A stretch of 64,000 bases of DNA, taken from contig SBGZ01000061.1 in assembly GCA_006226415.1 (NCBI GenBank), forward strand, positions 7,341-71,340. The letters are read 5' to 3'. The stretch comes from Alphaproteobacteria bacterium (GTDB taxonomy: Bacteria; Pseudomonadota; Alphaproteobacteria; M2410). Positions 63,134 to 64,000 of this stretch are shown piece by piece (positions within the stretch are counted from its first letter, which is position 1; the number at the start of each line of letters is the position of its first letter). The notes below the pieces were generated by a model that searched no databases, was not told where the DNA came from, and worked only from the letters and a program-made list of their open reading frames with translations. The translations under genes and the position numbers were made by a program.

Positions 63134-64000
63134 GCGTCTCCCTGACCCTGATCAATTTCGCGCCAGCGGTAGCAGCTGACCTCATGTTCGCCTTCAACCG
63201 TTTCGATGGGCGGCGGCGCCGTGTCGCAGATCTCCCGCTTGTAGGGGCACCGGTTTTCAAAACGACAGCCGCTGGGCAGGTCGAGAAGTCCGGGCACCAA
63301 ACCTTCGATGGTGTCGAGCTTAGTCTTGCGCGCATGCTCCAGACGCGGGATCGATTGCAAGAGCCCCTTGGTGTAGGGGTGCTTGGGTGCATCGAAAATA
63401 TCGTAGACGGAGCCTTCTTCCGCCACTTTGCCGGCATACATAACCACCACCGAATCACAAGTCTCGGCAATGACGCCAAGGTCGTGGGTGATGAGAATGA
63501 CCGACATACCCATCTCGTCCTGCAGTTCTTTGATGAGGCGCAGGATCTGAGCCTGGATGGTGACATCCAGCGCAGTGGTGGGCTCGTCGGCAATGAGCAG
63601 GCTCGGCTTGCAGGCCAGGGCCATGGCGATCACGACCCGCTGGCGCATCCCACCGGAGAGCTGGTGCGGATATTCACCGACCCGGATTTCCGGAGAAGGG
63701 ATGCCAACTTTTTGCAGAATTTCAACGGATTGGCGCAGAGCCTCTTCCTTGGAAACCTTCTGGTGCAACAAGATCACCTCGGCAAGCTGTTTGCCGATGG
63801 TGTGCACCGGATTGAGCGCCGTCATGGGCTCCTGGAACACCATGCCAATGGACCCACCGCGCACTTTTTCCATCTCTTCGCGGGAAAGCTGGGTGAGGTC
63901 ACGGCCGCCAAACATAATGCGGCCCGAGACGATCTTGCCCATGGGCTGCGGAAGGAGCCGCATAATGGACAAAGCCGTCACGGACTTGCCGCAACCACTT
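63130..64000 (-). CDS. oligopeptide/dipeptide ABC transporter ATP-binding protein (OppD/DppD type), 5' end outside the window
   Basis: Contains [14 protein letters not shown] and [12 protein letters not shown]. Walker A (SGCGKS) is read from the last bases of the window, so the ORF continues beyond 64000. Confidence 0.9.
   Translation of the reverse strand, partial: SGCGKSVTALSIMRLLPQPMGKIVSGRIMFGGRDLTQLSREEMEKVRGGSIGMVFQEPMTALNPVHTIGKQLAEVILLHQKVSKEEALRQSVEILQKVGIPSPEIRVGEYPHQLSGGMRQRVVIAMALACKPSLLIADEPTTALDVTIQAQILRLIKELQDEMGMSVILITHDLGVIAETCDSVVVMYAGKVAEEGSVYDIFDAPKHPYTKGLLQSIPRLEHARKTKLDTIEGLVPGLLDLPSGCRFENRCPYKREICDTAPPPIETVEGEHEVSCYRWREIDQGQGDA

Overview
64-kb chromosomal window, about 55-60% GC by eye, that looks alphaproteobacterial: a HemY-like gene preceded by a Mic60-like fragment, rpoZ, tamAB, DUF2852, and a CC0125-type lipoprotein. 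It is densely coded with about 60 genes. Most are ordinary housekeeping, stress or detoxification genes: rhlE, katG, a kefB-like antiporter, tandem Usp, nitroreductase, nitronate monooxygenase, marR-emrAB, copAB, tamAB, rpoZ and opp/dpp ATPases. All family calls rest on motif recognition from the translated ORFs; no searches were run. Five things stand out. (1) Three same-strand paralogs plus one decayed fragment encode a single-polypeptide TIR / cyclase-type sensor-linker / TPR protein. All keep the putative NADase glutamate, a TTG start and a shared TTGACC-N17-TyTTAT promoter, while their C-terminal sensor halves diverge. This is my top candidate for an undescribed system. (2) A 1.7-kb AT-rich islet bounded by perfect 14-bp direct repeats sits exactly on the stop codon of a hydrolase gene. 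It carries only a stand-alone DUF262 (ParB-like) gene and an Rx4H HEPN-like gene, a candidate two-gene defence module with no recombinase of its own. (3) A second mini-islet lies between tRNA-Thr(CGU) and a decayed copy of that tRNA's 3' half. (4) A periplasmic redox cluster combines a tandem cupredoxin-like lipoprotein, a small lipoprotein, a di-haem CCP/MauG-like enzyme and a NosD-like beta-helix fused to cytochrome c. (5) Several regulatory oddities: a CueR-type promoter before copA, a perfect 11-bp-arm palindrome before a DUF2852 gene, a possible leader peptide before an ABC-F gene, a tandem octamer, and an unannotated 24-codon hydrophobic ORF. No CRISPR array, rRNA, integrase or transposase was seen.
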